A stretch of 64,000 nucleotides of DNA from NCBI RefSeq assembly GCF_006345805.1, contig NC_042999.1, positions 116,250,001-116,314,000 of the forward strand, written 5' to 3'. The notes below the pieces were generated by a model. It was given only the letters and a program-made list of their open reading frames with translations, was not told where the DNA came from and made no database searches. How positions within the stretch are numbered: the first letter of the stretch is position 1; each line of letters opens with the position of its first letter. The stretch is from Octopus sinensis (lineage: Eukaryota). The position numbers and the translations under genes are program-made. Below, one piece after another: positions 12,119 through 25,318 of this stretch.

Positions 12119-12355
12119 TAATAATGGTAATAATAATAAATAGCGGCCTTTATAATTATGCACTGAGACTTTTGTTTATAGAAGCGAAGCAGTGGGATGT
12201 TGTGACGTACATGTATTTTATTTAATGAAATGAGGTGAAACTTTTCAAACCGAGGTTCGAAACACATTCTATTAATAACAACAATAAAACCATGGACAAT
12301 GCAACAAGAGCAAGCAATGAAAAGAAATAATAAAAGACACACACACTCACACAAA

Positions 12356-12442
<87 letters not shown>

Positions 12443-12599
12443 CACACGCACTAATCATACAGGTGCGTGCATATGTATATATATATATATGCGTACGCAG
12501 ACACATACATACCGAGGCATACAAAGCAAGCTCTGTCTCTCTCTCTCTCTCTCGTTCGTACACAGACATGAATAAAAGTTCACGCCTGTGTAAGCTCAC

Positions 12600-13728
12600 A
12601 CATGATTACGTGCGAAGGAAAACTGTGACGTGGATTGTTAACATTTGTTTGTTGGGGGAGGAGAAAAGAGACAATCTTAATATTTTTTTACATGTCCTCC
12701 CACACTATGTTGACGTTTACTTTGAACTTTTGGATAAGTGACGTTCGTAGAAAAAAAAAATGGGCCAAGAGCGGTGATTTTTCTGAAAAACGCATTTTCA
12801 AGGAAGAAACTATTGGTAGTGTAGAGGTTGAAAGAGCTGTGGACCAGTATTGTAGTGTGTTACGAGTGAGTTTGGTCAATAGCAGGGTGGTCTTTTTTTT
12901 ATGTGTAATGAAGCCTACATTGTTTGGAAATATGATATATGGAAGACTGCCATGAAAGATAATCATAAATTATAAAACCCCAAATTTGTAACCATTTTGA
13001 GGATTTGAGATGCGTGTTGTCCGTGATGTCTTGAGACATAGCCAAACTGTGCAGGTGCCCAGGGTCCGCACAGATCTAGGGGCTCAATTCTGATCCATGT
13101 ATGCTTTGCCTTGCTGTCAATAAATAAATACCATAGGGCCCAGTACACTGATTTTCCCGGGGGCCTACAATGCTGCTTAGAGGGCCCTGTGTTGTTCATA
13201 TTTAGGGCAACTGTTGTAGTACAGGACTACTAATATGTTGAAGGATTATGTTTTGCTGTTTGTTGGATGAGACCAGTCTGGCGTGTTACTGTTGAAAGGT
13301 AGTTTCCGTGTCACTATTCACTTCATTTAATTGCTTCTGGATGCTGCTTGTGCACTGAAGATTAAAGAGAAATGGAAGGTAGCTATAAACTTCATAGTAA
13401 TGTGTAACTGTCACAAGTGGCAGTATATATGTAAATTGCATATTAATGTACAGAAGGAAGAATAGAGATTAATCAAGCTTTGATATGCATGAGAGTCGAT
13501 AAAATGAGGGCAGGTGAGACCATTGTTAATATATGCTGTGATGAATCAGTCTGGTAAGAAGCTTCAGATCCAAGCGATGTGAGACAAATGAAACTCCTTA
13601 CGAGGAAGCTCTCAGGTCAAACACAAGAGAAATCTTTGTTATGTCAAGAACAATGAGATTGCCTTTGCCGAAGTTCTCAAGAGCAAATGTATTTCTTACG
13701 AGGGCAAAATTATGATGGTCACCGAGAG

Positions 13729-13802
<74 letters not shown>

Positions 13803-14330
13803 CGGGTAGGGAGAGAATGGATCATGATAAAGAAGCAGATTGTTTATTACTATCTTCATTAACTATGAGATATTGGAACCAAAGGTTCCAGATGAGAGAA
13901 TCTAATAGGCTGGCCTATTTAAGAATGGGACACACTCTCATATGCTTCTAAAGCTCGAAAAAGATCACAGTATTGATGGATTACACTCCGGACCAATGAA
14001 CTTCTTGGAATTAAATGATTAGATATGGTTTCTGATTTGAGGACTAAGTGTACTGATATTGAGGTGGAATAATGGACAAGAAAAGTTCTGTTGTATGGAG
14101 GGAGTTAAAAGCAAAACGGGCAGCAAATATGGTAAACTTATAAACGGATAAAAAAAACTCCTTATGGAACAATCTCAGTTGAAGAGTGGTGAATAGGAAG
14201 ATAGTACAAAGTTTGTATGGATCGTCTATGCAAATATTTAGCAGACATTGCTACAGTTCGGGGGTTAAGAGAACCGCAGATTGTTCAATGAACATGTATA
14301 TCATTTACTTTCCTCAATATCATCTTGTTA
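12600..14330 (-). mobile_element. Degraded CR1-group LINE RT region, interrupted by (GA)n at 13727-13800 and a DNA-transposon-like piece at ~12990-13190
   Basis: ALENFGKGNLIVLDITK (cf. ALDISKAFD) and FPNNVGF..KKT..LLT..TRN...SSLK..FS (cf. NxVxFNxxKT); many stops. The insert ends gggccctg (CAGGG-type hAT terminus). Confidence 0.55.
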
Positions 14331-14399
14331 TCACTGTGGTGGTGGGCAAAAACTTCTTTCTGGTGAAGGGGAGTGACTTGCTGCAAGTGTTGTAAGTAT

Positions 14400-14800
14400 A
14401 TTCTTCTTCATCATCATCGTCATCCTAGTCAGGTGTTGCACTATGCGATGCTGTGGTCATCACGATGTCTTGCCATCTTCTCCTGTCTGAGAATAAAGAC
14501 AATCCTGTGGCTGCGATGTCTTTCAGCCAAGAAGTGGGTGGTCTGCCTCTTTTACGTCTGCCGTTATCATGATTTCGTAATATTCTTCATATGAATCCTT
14601 TAACACGGCAATAAATAAAGCACGTGAAGTCTGAGGATTTTTTCTGATTGTGTAAAGAATATGGAGTGTCATGTTTCGAAGGATGATATCAGTTGCTTAC
14701 TTAGCTGTTCCGGATAGATCATAGTGATAGGACAGATTGATTGTAGACATAGCTGCCAAGAAAAGAATTAGTATAGTTCCAAACTTTCAATGAACTTGGG
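14400..14800 (-). mobile_element. RTE-clade LINE 3' end
   Basis: GRRKRGRPPTSWLKDIAA...RRRWQDIV, upstream QLISSFET, and a (GAT)/(GAA) tail. Confidence 0.7.
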
Positions 14801-15221
14801 ATATTAGAAAGTTTAGGATTTGTAACTTTTATTTAGAAAAATAATGTGAGGTCGATTAACTTGATTAGGTGAAGGATCAGATAATCTGATAGGGAAATAG
14901 ACACTGATAGTCAAGTACAGATATGATAAAGAGATCAAAGGTGTATAGAGAGTTGCGTATATCAGGAGTACAAGCCTTTGTTATTGTTTATCACAAGGTC
15001 AGCCCTGATCAGACACACACGCGCGCACATACACACATATGCAAACATACATGCATGCATACATACATACATACATACATACATACACAAACATTCAATT
15101 ATATACACTCAGCTACATACATTCAACTCAACTCCTCTGGACTACTACGCTGGTACTTATTTTATCTATTCTAGATGAATGAAAAGCATTGTGTGTGTGT
15201 GTATGTGTGTGTGTGTGTGTA

Positions 15222-15266
<45 letters not shown>

Positions 15267-15292
15267 AATAGAGAGAGAGCGAGAGAGAAAGA

Positions 15293-15324
<32 letters not shown>

Positions 15325-15652
15325 GTGTGTGTGTGTGTGTGTGTGTGTAGACTTGGCAGGAGTTTGAACCTATTTCCAGTGAGAGCGTACCAAACTTTAT
15401 ACTAGAAGATATTTGGTCGGGCGCTCCTTGATTTTGATGCCCGATAAAACGCCTATAAATTTCTAAATCCCTTATTAAATAACATGAAATATTTTGATGA
15501 GGTGGTGAGTAGAATCCAGGAGAAAGAAGTCTCAAGAAAAAATATGCAGAAAAAAAACGGGAACAGAAAAAGTCACAATTAAAAAGTCACTGGAGAAAAT
15601 CACTGTCAAACTGGCGTGTCACTTTTCCAGTGTGAAGAAGCGACAGTGAACA

Positions 15653-16120
15653 TGGAGTGCTCAGCCACTTGCACGTTAATTTTATGAGCTGGCTGTTCCG
15701 TTGATCGGATCAACTATAACCCAAGTCGTCGTAACCGATGGAGTGCAGTGTAGTGTAGAAGTCATGTCCTGTCAGTAACTGATCTTAAGCATTTTTGGTT
15801 TTATTGAACTGGCACTCCGTCGGTTACGATGACGAGGGTTCGAGTTAATCCGATCAAAAAAAAAAAAAAAACCCCAGCCTGCTCATGAAATTAACGTGCA
15901 AGTGGCTGAGCACTCCAGAAACACGCGTACTGTAACGTAGTCCTCGGAGAGATTCAGCATGGGACAGAATGTGACAAGGCTGGCTTTTTGAATTACAGGT
16001 ACTAATCATTTTTGCCAGCTGAGTGGATAAATAAATTTTTTGGTCAAGGACAGAACACGCTGCCGGGAATCGAACTCACGACTACGTGTTGAATATCGTA
16101 ACCACTAAGCCACGCGCCTT
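15653..16120. mobile_element. SINE-C 3' fragment (+, 15653-15746) facing a near full-length SINE-C (-, 15811-16120)
   Basis: tggagtgctcagccacttgcacgttaat...gtcgtaaccga and its reverse complement; tRNA head gtggcttagtggttacg...gagttcgattccc. Confidence 0.85.
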
Positions 16121-16154
16121 TATTCATGCTTTATCATTACATTAATTGTTTATG

Positions 16155-16312
16155 GTTCAAATTCCGCCGAGGTCGACTTAGCTTTTCTTCCTTTCGGGGT
16201 CGATAAATTAAGTACCAGTTACGCACTGCGATCGATCTAATCGACTTGATCCCTTTGTCTGCCCTTGTTTGTCCCCTCTATGTTTAGCCCCTTGTGGGCA
16301 ATAAAGAAATAT
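16155..16312 (+). mobile_element. SINE-A, 5'-truncated, tail type 1
   Basis: ggttcaaattccgccgaggtcgac...gggcaataaagaaata. Confidence 0.88.
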
Positions 16313-17337
16313 AGAAATAATTCATTGTTTATGGTATTTAAATAAAATGTGACTTTTCTAGTGACTTTTTTTTCTAGCTAAAATCGTAACTTTTCCTGTG
16401 ACTTTTTTTTCCGAACACCAGTGGATCCGATTCCTAAAACCGATTCCTATTTCGAGTTGTAACAATTCCCATTCGTGTACATGAACCAATAAATGAAAAA
16501 ATAAATAGGTAAATGAATGAATAAAAAGACATGGACGCGAATCAGTTTCATTTCCTTTCCCTTGTAAATTTGGGGCTTTGTGCCTATTATAAGAAATCTA
16601 TTTCAATCCACAACGGCATTGATTGAACACGGGTATACGATTAAAACATTTACCATAACAGTTCTCCCTCCTAATTGCGTCAGCTGATCGAAATGTACAA
16701 AGCTTTATTTAAATTATTTTATTATTAGTTTTTTGTTTTTCGGCTGAAAGGAAGAAAATTTGTGAATGAAGCGTAATCTTTGTCGCCCTATAAAACAGCT
16801 ACAATTGTTAACAGGATGTAAAAAAATAAGCACTAATTACACTGTTTTGTATTGTGATTATAGATAAGCTTACCTCCGTCCCCACCCTAACCACATCACC
16901 GCCTCATTAATTGTATAACGAGGTAACTAGCAGAAAATACACTTCTATAATTACTAGTACTTTATACTCTCTCGGGCTTCACAAGTCGCCCACAATTTAG
17001 ATATTACTATAATGCTCCAGATCGGTTCCGTGTGTATAGGTATGATGACGATGTTGGTGGTGGTGGTAGTGTGGTGGTGCTGGTGGTGGCAGTGGCGACG
17101 GCGTCGGTGATGGTGGTGGTGGTGGTGGTGGTTGTGGTTGTCGTCGTGGTGATATCTGTGATGATGGTGGCAGTGTTTGTGATGTAGGGTTGAAGTAAGT
17201 TTCCGGCGAATTTACTTCACGGTCTGATTTCGATTTTCGCGGACGGCTATGTCCAGACACTTGCACTGTTAATGCATTTGGTTGGTTTGGTTGGTTATTT
17301 CATTCATTTACATCGCTAATACCCGAACCGCATACGA

Positions 17338-18000
17338 GTATGTATGTATGTATGTATGTATGTATGTATGCATGCATGCATACATGTGTGTATGTATGTA
17401 TGTATGTATGTTTGTATGTATGTATGTATGTATGTATGTATGTATGCATGTATGTATGTATGCATGTTTGTATGTATGTAATGTATGTATGTATGTATGT
17501 ATGTATACATGCATGTATGTATGTATGTATGTATGCATGTATGTATGTATGTATGTATGTATTTATGTATGTATGTATGTATACATGCATGTATGTATGT
17601 ATGTATGTATGTATGCATGTATGTATGTATGCATGTATGTATGCATGTGTGTATGTATGTATGTATGTATGTTTGTATGTATGTATGTATGTATGTATGT
17701 ATGTATGTATGCATGTATGTATGTATGCATGTATGTATGCATGTGTGTATGTATGTATGTATGTATGTTTGTATGTATGTATGTATGTATGTATGTATGC
17801 ATGTATGTATGTATGCATGTATGTATGCATGCATGCATGTATTTATCTATGTATGTATGCATGTATGTACGTACCTATGTATGTATATATGCATGCACTC
17901 GTGTATGTATGCATGTATGTACATATGAATATCTATCTATCTATCTATCTGCATATAAGTGTATGCATGTATATGTGTGTAAGTGTGTGTGTGCATTTGT
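17338..18000. repeat. Long degenerate (TATG)n array with a 96-bp higher-order duplication
   Basis: Variant blocks gcatgtgtg (17643, 17739) and gtttgt (17671, 17767) recur at 96-bp spacing. Confidence 0.9.
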
Positions 18001-18429
18001 TATAAGCGATGTTTTAGTTCAAAATACAGTATTAGTTCAAAATACCAATCCATATTTCGCGGAAAACTTGCTAAAGTGTGGTATTCGCCTTTAGAAAGCA
18101 TCTCCTTTAAAAGTATAGTGTTAAAAAACAAATATATTAATAGCAGACGAAAATTATCCCGCAGTGACAGTAGCATTGCTTCTTTGAGCTTTGTTAGTAG
18201 CATGCACCCACTTGCAGTGCACACGTGCGCTCACTCACATGCACGCACAAACATGCACACACCGCGCGCATACACACGCACGCACGCACACGCACGCACG
18301 CACAAACATGCACACACATGCATACGCACGCATACGCACACACATACATACAAACACACAAACACACGCAAGCACACATTTGTATAAAAACTATTCAAGT
18401 ACTCGCGACTGATGAAATTATTATCTTTA

Positions 18430-18659
18430 TTACTCTTTTACTCTTTTACTTATTTCATTATTTGACTGTGGCCATGCTGTAGTACCGCCTTCTAGTTGAA
18501 CAAATCTACCCCAGGACGTATTCTTTATAAGCCTAGTACTTATTATATCAGTTTCTTTTACCGAACCGCTAAGTTACGAGGTAGTAAACACACCAATATC
18601 GGTTGTCAAGTGATGATGGAGGAACAAACACCGATACGCAAACAAACACATGCATATAT

Positions 18660-18708
<49 letters not shown>

Positions 18709-18790
18709 TATATATAATATATATATATTATTTTTATTTATTTCATTAGTTTCAGCTCACGAGCTGTGGCCATGCTGAGGCACCGCCATT
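18430..18790 (-). mobile_element. SINE-B tail portions separated by (TA)n
   Basis: gactgtggccatgctg...accgctaagttacg...ggttgtcaag. Confidence 0.75.
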
Positions 18791-20094
18791 TAAAAATGGG
18801 ACAAGAACGTAAGAGGCGACAACAAGACATCCAGACATTTAGATGATACGAAAAGAGACAAGAAAAAACAAGGAGGGGTCATTCGAATTTTCTTTCGTCA
18901 GTCGAGTTCCAGATTATCTTTGCAGTTTCAGCTAGTTATACTCAAGACTGCTCCAATCTGGCAAGCCCCAAGGAAAACCTAAGCTAAGAGCACCAGATTC
19001 CTTAGCAGAAAGCAGCGAATGTATACGAAAACAAGGACGAAAAAAACGGAGAAATGGTACACAAATACAAATACAAACAACAGGGGACACACACACACAC
19101 ACACAGTATGTGACAATTGGTTGTCATAATAAAACTCATAGTTTCGGATGTCGGGGCTGAAGTCTGCTCCGGCATCTCAGCATGTATTAAGACAAAGGTT
19201 ACAATATATATAATATAGCTCTAAAAGACAGTAATTTTAACGAGGAAAGGGTGTCAGCTATAAGATTCACTGGAAGATCTTGGCCAAGTATAAGCCTTAT
19301 ACTAACGGCAGTGGAAAGTGAGGTCTTTGCGATATGGAAAGATGGCTCATCTGGAAAAGTTCTTTAAACTCCGCTACATGTCTAAATTCAAGAACTGAAC
19401 ATTATGGGTCATGTCCACATATGGTAAAACATTTGCTACGTTTTTGGGCCCCCACCCCAAGGTCACAGATAGAACTTGCTTTTTATATTATGTCCACGTA
19501 AAGCCTTCCATATATCTTAACATCTCTTATATATTTTTTCTGTATATTATTTTTCACCCTTTATAATTGTGTAACTTATGCGCGTGTAGTATATACCTAA
19601 TGTGTATGTGGGTGCATATATACATGTGTACGAATGATTGTATATATACGAGTGTAAAACTCTACCTGTTGTACTTGTCTCCTTCCTTCATACATATCTG
19701 TATGTATATATGTTTATATATCTGCAGGTGTAGATGTATTTGACAGACAAGAGGGTGTATTTATGTATATACATATATAACTCATATGTATATTCAAGCT
19801 TTGCGGCGAATGTGAATATTTTATGGTTTATATTTTTTGCGTATGTGTTTTTATTTGTATATACGTCTATCCGCGTATGTAAGCGCATGTGCGTATAGAC
19901 TACATTTTGTATATCCGCGTATGTATGTATGTGCATATAGAGATGTGTATATGAACATAATGATGCGTGCGTTTTTGCGTATGCGTTTCTATTTGTATAT
20001 ACGTCTTTCCGCGTATGTATATGCATGTGCGTATAAACTACGTTTTGCATATCCGCGTATGTATGTGTGTGTGCAAGAAGCCACAGTGTTATTA

Positions 20095-20235
20095 TTATTC
20101 CGCCGAGGTCGACTTTGCCTTTCAGCCTATTGGGGTCGATGAAATAAGTACCATTTGAGCACTGGGGTCGATGTAATCGACTAGACCCCTTTTCCGAAGT
20201 TCGGGCCTTGTGCCTGTTAGTAGAAAGGATTGTTA
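20095..20235 (+). mobile_element. SINE-A, 5'-truncated, tail type 2
   Basis: ttccgccgaggtcgactttgcc...ggccttgtgcctgttagtagaaaggattg. Confidence 0.85.
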
Positions 20236-20399
20236 TTATAGTTATTATGCGTTTGTTGATAGGTGAAATCATTAGAGTGATGGGTGCAGTGCCTTGTTAT
20301 ATTTTGTTCCTTATATTCTCAGTTCAAACTTCACGGAGACCAACTTTTGCCTTTCACCACTTTGGATCTGATAAAATTAAGAACCAGTCAAAATGAAGA

Positions 20400-20464
<65 letters not shown>

Positions 20465-20993
20465 ATATTTGTCGTCGTCTTGCCCTGAACACCAGTTAAC
20501 GCCCACGCTATTTGATATGATACCCAGACGCTCCTTTGGGAATATTTACTTCTCTTCTAAAAGTGCTTCTCAGAGTAACCCTTAAACTGGTCAAAGGTGA
20601 TATAGGGGTGTTGATGAAGCTGTGAATGAGTTCGTCTGTACAGAGTAAACTGAAAAGTAGCTTCGTTAAAGCCAATTATCGAAGTGGAATCGCATGAGTA
20701 GCCATTCATTAATCTTAATTTCCGGTCCGATCCATTCACTATCAACATCTCTTCCCACTCCAAGAACTACAACTACCACCACCGTTACAATCACCGTAAC
20801 CACTACCACTACGACATCACAATCACCACAACAACCACCATTATCCCAACCCTCTGTCTAGTCAACGTGGGTGCCTCTATGGCAGTGGTTCTCAACAGGG
20901 GCTCTATATGGCTTTTGAGAGACCACATATAAGATCTTGTAAAAAATTGTTTAATAAATTGGTTATATTTCTACAATACACAAAATATTTTAT

Positions 20994-21360
20994 GTGCCTG
21001 GGGAGGGTCATTCGCTTTTAGTGCCTTATAATTTAACACAGTCACCGGTAAAATTTCCACTCATTTACTTACTCTTTATTCTTTGATTGTGGCCATGCTG
21101 GAGTACCGCTTTTAGTCGAGCAAATCGACCCCAGGACTTATTCTTTGGAAGCCTAGTACTTATTCTATTGGTCTCTTTTGCCGAACCGCTAAGTTACGGA
21201 GACGTAAACACACCAGCATCGATTGTCAAGCGATGTTGAGGCGGGGGACAAACACAGACACACGAACATATACACACACACACATACATACATACATACA
21301 TACATACATACATACATACATACATACATACATACATACATACATACATACATACATACA

Positions 21361-21391
<31 letters not shown>

Positions 21392-21576
21392 TTCTTTATT
21401 ACCCACAAGGGGCTAAACATAGAGGGGACAAACAAGAACAGACATAGGTATTAAGTCGATTACATCGACCCCAGTGCGTAAATGGTACTTAATTTATCGA
21501 CCCCGAAAGGATGAAAGGCAGATACATACATACATACATACATACATACATACACATATATATATATACACACACA

Positions 21577-21629
<53 letters not shown>

Positions 21630-21909
21630 CATATATACGACAGACTTTCAGTTTCCGTCTACCAAATCCACTCACAAGGCTTTGGTCGGCCCGAGGCTAT
21701 AGTAGAAGACACTTGCCCAAGGTGCCATGCAGTGGGACTGAACCCGGAACCATGTAGTTGGTAAGCAAGCTACTTATCACACAGCCACTCCTACGCCTTA
21801 TTTATTTTTCTAAAATTTTCGTTGCGTCTTGCAACTTTTTCAATAGTTTACCGGTGAGTGTGTCAAATTATAAGGTACTAAAAGAGAATGACTCTCCCCA
21901 GACACAACA
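20994..21909. mobile_element. MITE with ~60-bp TIRs, split by a SINE-B (21065-21798, -) that itself contains a SINE-A (21397-21520, -)
   Basis: gtgcctggggagggtcattcgcttttagtgccttataatttaacacagtcaccggtaaa versus tttaccggtgagtgtgtcaaattataaggtactaaaagagaatgactctccccagacac. Confidence 0.75.
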
Positions 21910-22034
21910 GAATATGCTTCAACACACGAACTCACATAAAGAATCTTGCAAACCAAATCCAAAAACGAAGCAAAATATTTTAACAACTTTTTCATATAAT
22001 TCCCAATAATATTTCATTCTATCATAAAAGCATT

Positions 22035-22474
22035 CTTTTACTCTTTTACTTGTTTCAGTCATTTGACTGCGGCCATGTTGGAGTACCACCTTAAAAGGTT
22101 TTAGTCGAAGAAATTGACTCCAAGACTTTTTTTAAAGCCTAGTACTTATTCTATCGTTCTCTTTTGCCGAACTGCTAGGTTACGGGGACATGAATACATC
22201 ATCATCGGTTGTCAATCGATGGTGGGCGGGACAAACACAGACATGCAAGCATAAAACATACATACGTACAAACATACATGTATATTTATACACACACACA
22301 CACATATTTATAACGGGCTTCTTTCAGTTTCCGTCAACCAAATCCACTCACAAGGCTTTGGTCGGCTCGAGGCTAAAGCAGAAGACACTTGCCCAAGGTG
22401 CCATGCAGCGGGACTGAACCAGGAACCATGTGATTAGGAAGCAAGCTTCTTATCACACAGCCATTCCTGCGCCT
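22035..22474 (-). mobile_element. SINE-B, full length
   Basis: Similarity to other copies. Confidence 0.9.
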
Positions 22475-22529
22475 ACAATAAGATTTTTTAAACATCAAAT
22501 GGCTATGAAGGTCCAAGGCTTCATCCAGA

Positions 22530-23570
22530 TAGATAAGAATTGGGAAGGGGTGACGAACAGGGTGACCTCTCTTACCTAAAAATGGGCAGAGAGGAAGTTG
22601 TTCCTTAAAGGTCGGGCATAGGTGGCGAATGCCTACATCGCCTCTGTCATTATTTATTATCTGACCGTTGTGCCTTGCCCCTGTTACCGCTTGATTAGAT
22701 TGGAGTGTATCCTGTTTATTTTCTTGCGGAAAGGATGCGTTCCAATGTTCAGGCGGTCAGTCTGCTGCCAACTTCCTTTGCGCGACGGCTTAGGCATGCC
22801 ATGGATTTTAATGTGCAGACACGCACTCAGGTTGCGCCACCTGCAGCGATTTCTAGAATGTGAACGTGTAGGGGTTCCTTTTGTGAGACGCGCCTTTCCG
22901 CTGCTCGTCTCCTTGGCGGAGCTGCAGTCTTGGGTAAAGGATAGGCGCTCACTATCCTCTACAAGTCGGGCAACAGGATTCGTGGATGTTCCACTTTAGA
23001 TATTAACAGAGGATTAGAAGCGGGGAAGAGCGACGACGTCCGCGGGGAGAACCTAGGCATCGACGAAGACCAACTGGCAAGTTTATCCGGTCGGGGACTG
23101 TTATGGATAACTTCCAGATGCCTTTGGCCTAGCAGTGCTACCGGGGAGCGCTACTGGTTCGAGATAAACTCTACAGACACGGATGTGCTGTCAGACGGGC
23201 TTGTCCGAGGTGCTCGCAGAGCGACGAAACTGTACTGCATGCACTCGTTCAGTGTCCGGGCATTGCTGAATTGTGGAGTTATGTCGAACAGCTGTTGTCG
23301 TGTTTAGGACAGATCTGTCTGTTCTCCGAGTCCATAATGATGATTGCCCCGCCGCCCTCCTTTAATCGGGCTTGCAAGGCATTTTTCCTTTGTCTGGTGG
23401 ATGTGGCGAAAAATGTTATCTGGTGGACGAGGCTTAAAGGAATGAGGACAAAAATTTTCCTCTTTGGTAAAGGCCTCATCATCTTTTTCAATGTCCTCAA
23501 GTGAATTTATCAGAGTGTGGGTGAAAGTTGCAAAAATGGCAAGAGTGGATTGTACCACTCTCAGTGTATT
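22530..23570 (+). mobile_element. L1/Tx1 ORF2 3' part (post-RT region and zinc knuckle), same family as 1-2017
   Basis: KWAERKLFLKGR..VANAYIASVI; CPRCSQSDETVLHALVQCPG; LWSYVEQLL...AKNVIWWTRLKG. Confidence 0.88.
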
Positions 23571-24211
23571 TTAAGGGCCACTGAAAAAGCTTTGCTTTAG
23601 ATGTATTTATTGGTGTATATTGCAAGAAACAGCTAGGTTTTTTTTTCTCTAACATTTTGCATAGTTCAACCTACACAAATGGATGAGTGAATAACAAAAT
23701 AGAAATTTTGAAAGAAGTTTCTATTAAACTAGTTTTTAAATATCGAATGGCTACGGGGATCCACCAGAAGAAATTAGTAATCAAAGGGATCTATTGACAA
23801 AAAGTGGTTGAGAACCCCTGCTCCAGAGCAACGGCTCTCAAACAGTACATCCCGGCACACTTGATATAGCTAGATGCGTTACAAAAATTAATCGATTCCA
23901 GTACTTGACTGAAGCAATACCGCAATATCAACTTATATTTTAAAATGTGAAAAATATAAGCTGAAATTCTAAAACTTTGATAAAGCTCTGCTTCAATAAT
24001 TGAATGAATAAGTAACTACTTCATCGTTTCCTGTCGTTTAAATTATTTAGAAATTAGCTATCAGCAACCGGGGCAGTGTTTGTAATTATTTATATTCACA
24101 GGCTAAAATATATAAGTGCCTTTGAAAAAATCATTTGTTAACTTTATGCACCTAGGTGCGGCAAGATATTTTTACTTGCACCAACGAGTGCGCTGCGAGT
24201 GAAAAAATAAA

Positions 24212-24475
24212 TTATAGGAAGTGGTACTGTAGATGTTTGAAACAATTTAGGAACTCATTTCTGGTTGTGGTATAAACAGACATTGCTAAAACTTCAATGT
24301 AACTGTATCCACGAACAAGTCCAATATTCAGGATGTTTCCTGACCAAATCTGCCCTTCCTTTTGTACTGAATTGACCGCACTGAAAAGTTCATGCTCATC
24401 TAGGAGAAAGTGCCGTGTTAATCCTTTAACTGTGAAATTATATTTCATGTTTATTCCAGTAGTGATGTTAAATAT
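24212..24475 (-). CDS. Candidate exon (87 codons + stop, phase 0) of unknown protein; may instead be a hAT transposase terminal exon
   Basis: ~50-nt polypyrimidine tract ending TTTTGTAG at 24530-24476; only one frame is open after it: IFNITTGINMKYNFTVKGLTRHFLLDEHELFSAVNSVQKEGQIWSGNILNIGLVRGYSYIEVLAMSVYTTTRNEFLNCFKHLQYHFL*. Confidence 0.35.
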   Translation of the reverse strand: MFNITTGINMKYNFTVKGLTRHFLLDEHELFSAVNSVQKEGQIWSGNILNIGLVRGYSYIEVLAMSVYTTTRNEFLNCFKHLQYHFL

Positions 24476-24829
24476 CTACAAAAAAAAAGAAAGAAAAAAG
24501 AAAAGTAAAATGTAAAAGAAAAAGAAGGTATAGAACTGGTATTTTCTGCAAGTTGCGATGCACCAGAAAACTTAGCATATCTCAAGAAAAAATTGTTTCA
24601 AACACAACATTCCTCAACAAAAGATAGATTAGTATTTAAAACTGCTTTTTATAGTTAATGATAACAAAATTTTGATTGGATATATATTTGCCTTTTGTTG
24701 TAAAAAGGTAAATATAGAGTAGAATTTATCAAATAAAATGAAATAAGAAAAATAAAGAACAGAACCTTGACACTGAAATCTAGTATTCCACTTCAGAACA
24801 AGAGAATATTTTAACCCTCGTTAATTATA

Positions 24830-25030
24830 AGCCGTCTCCAAAGCTCAGGTGAAATCCATAATGAAGTACTGCTCCATCATCGAGGACGGTATAGCTACGA
24901 GACTCGGGGACGACCTCAAAATAAAGATCACCCAACAGTTCGACATCAAGTCGCACCCAAATATACTCCAACCACTGAGCCATCTCATCACTTTGTCCTC
25001 TTTCTATCTTACAATAGTGGTCCCTGTTTC
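24830..25030 (+). mobile_element. CR1-group LINE 3' remnant
   Basis: SKAQVKSIMKYCSII...ILQPLSHLITLSSFY (cf. YKAQVRSxMEYCS...LQPLSHRR). Confidence 0.55.
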
Positions 25031-25230
25031 TTAGAGTTGCTTGACCTAACACCATTTCAACCTAAGCGCTCCTCATTCACTCATCTTTCCTTCTCGCGTC
25101 ACCCAAATGTATTGTTTTCGTTGAATAGGCATGGTTGTGTGGTTACGAACAGCGCTTTGCAACCACATGGTTTCGGGTTCAGTCTTCTACTATGTCCATG
25201 GGCCAACCAGTGCATTGCAACAAAATTCGG

Positions 25231-25318
<88 letters not shown>

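Larger units (their letters stand above)
15505..16419. mobile_element. MITE with repeated subterminal AAAAAGTCAC motifs, hosting three SINE insertions
   Basis: aaaaagtcac repeats on the left; gtgacttttt repeats ending ccgaacacc on the right. Confidence 0.55.
20883..23820. mobile_element. hAT/Charlie-type non-autonomous termini bracketing nested insertions (one element or two partial ones)
   Basis: cagtggttctcaac at 20883 and gttgagaacccctg ending 23820; flanks ctctatgg / ctccagag both resemble the Charlie NTCTAGAN target. Confidence 0.6.

Noticed and set aside
17282-18094. ORFs of 150-270 aa (YVCM / HTYI repeats)
   Set aside because: Translations of a (TATG)n array that lacks stops by composition; open in several frames on both strands
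19130-19200. CTGAGATG...CCGAAAC hammerhead-like string on the minus strand
   Set aside because: Core is one base short and stem I does not pair
20500-20763. 68-aa minus-strand ORF in unique-looking sequence
   Set aside because: No recognisable motif, non-ATG start and no convincing splice signals
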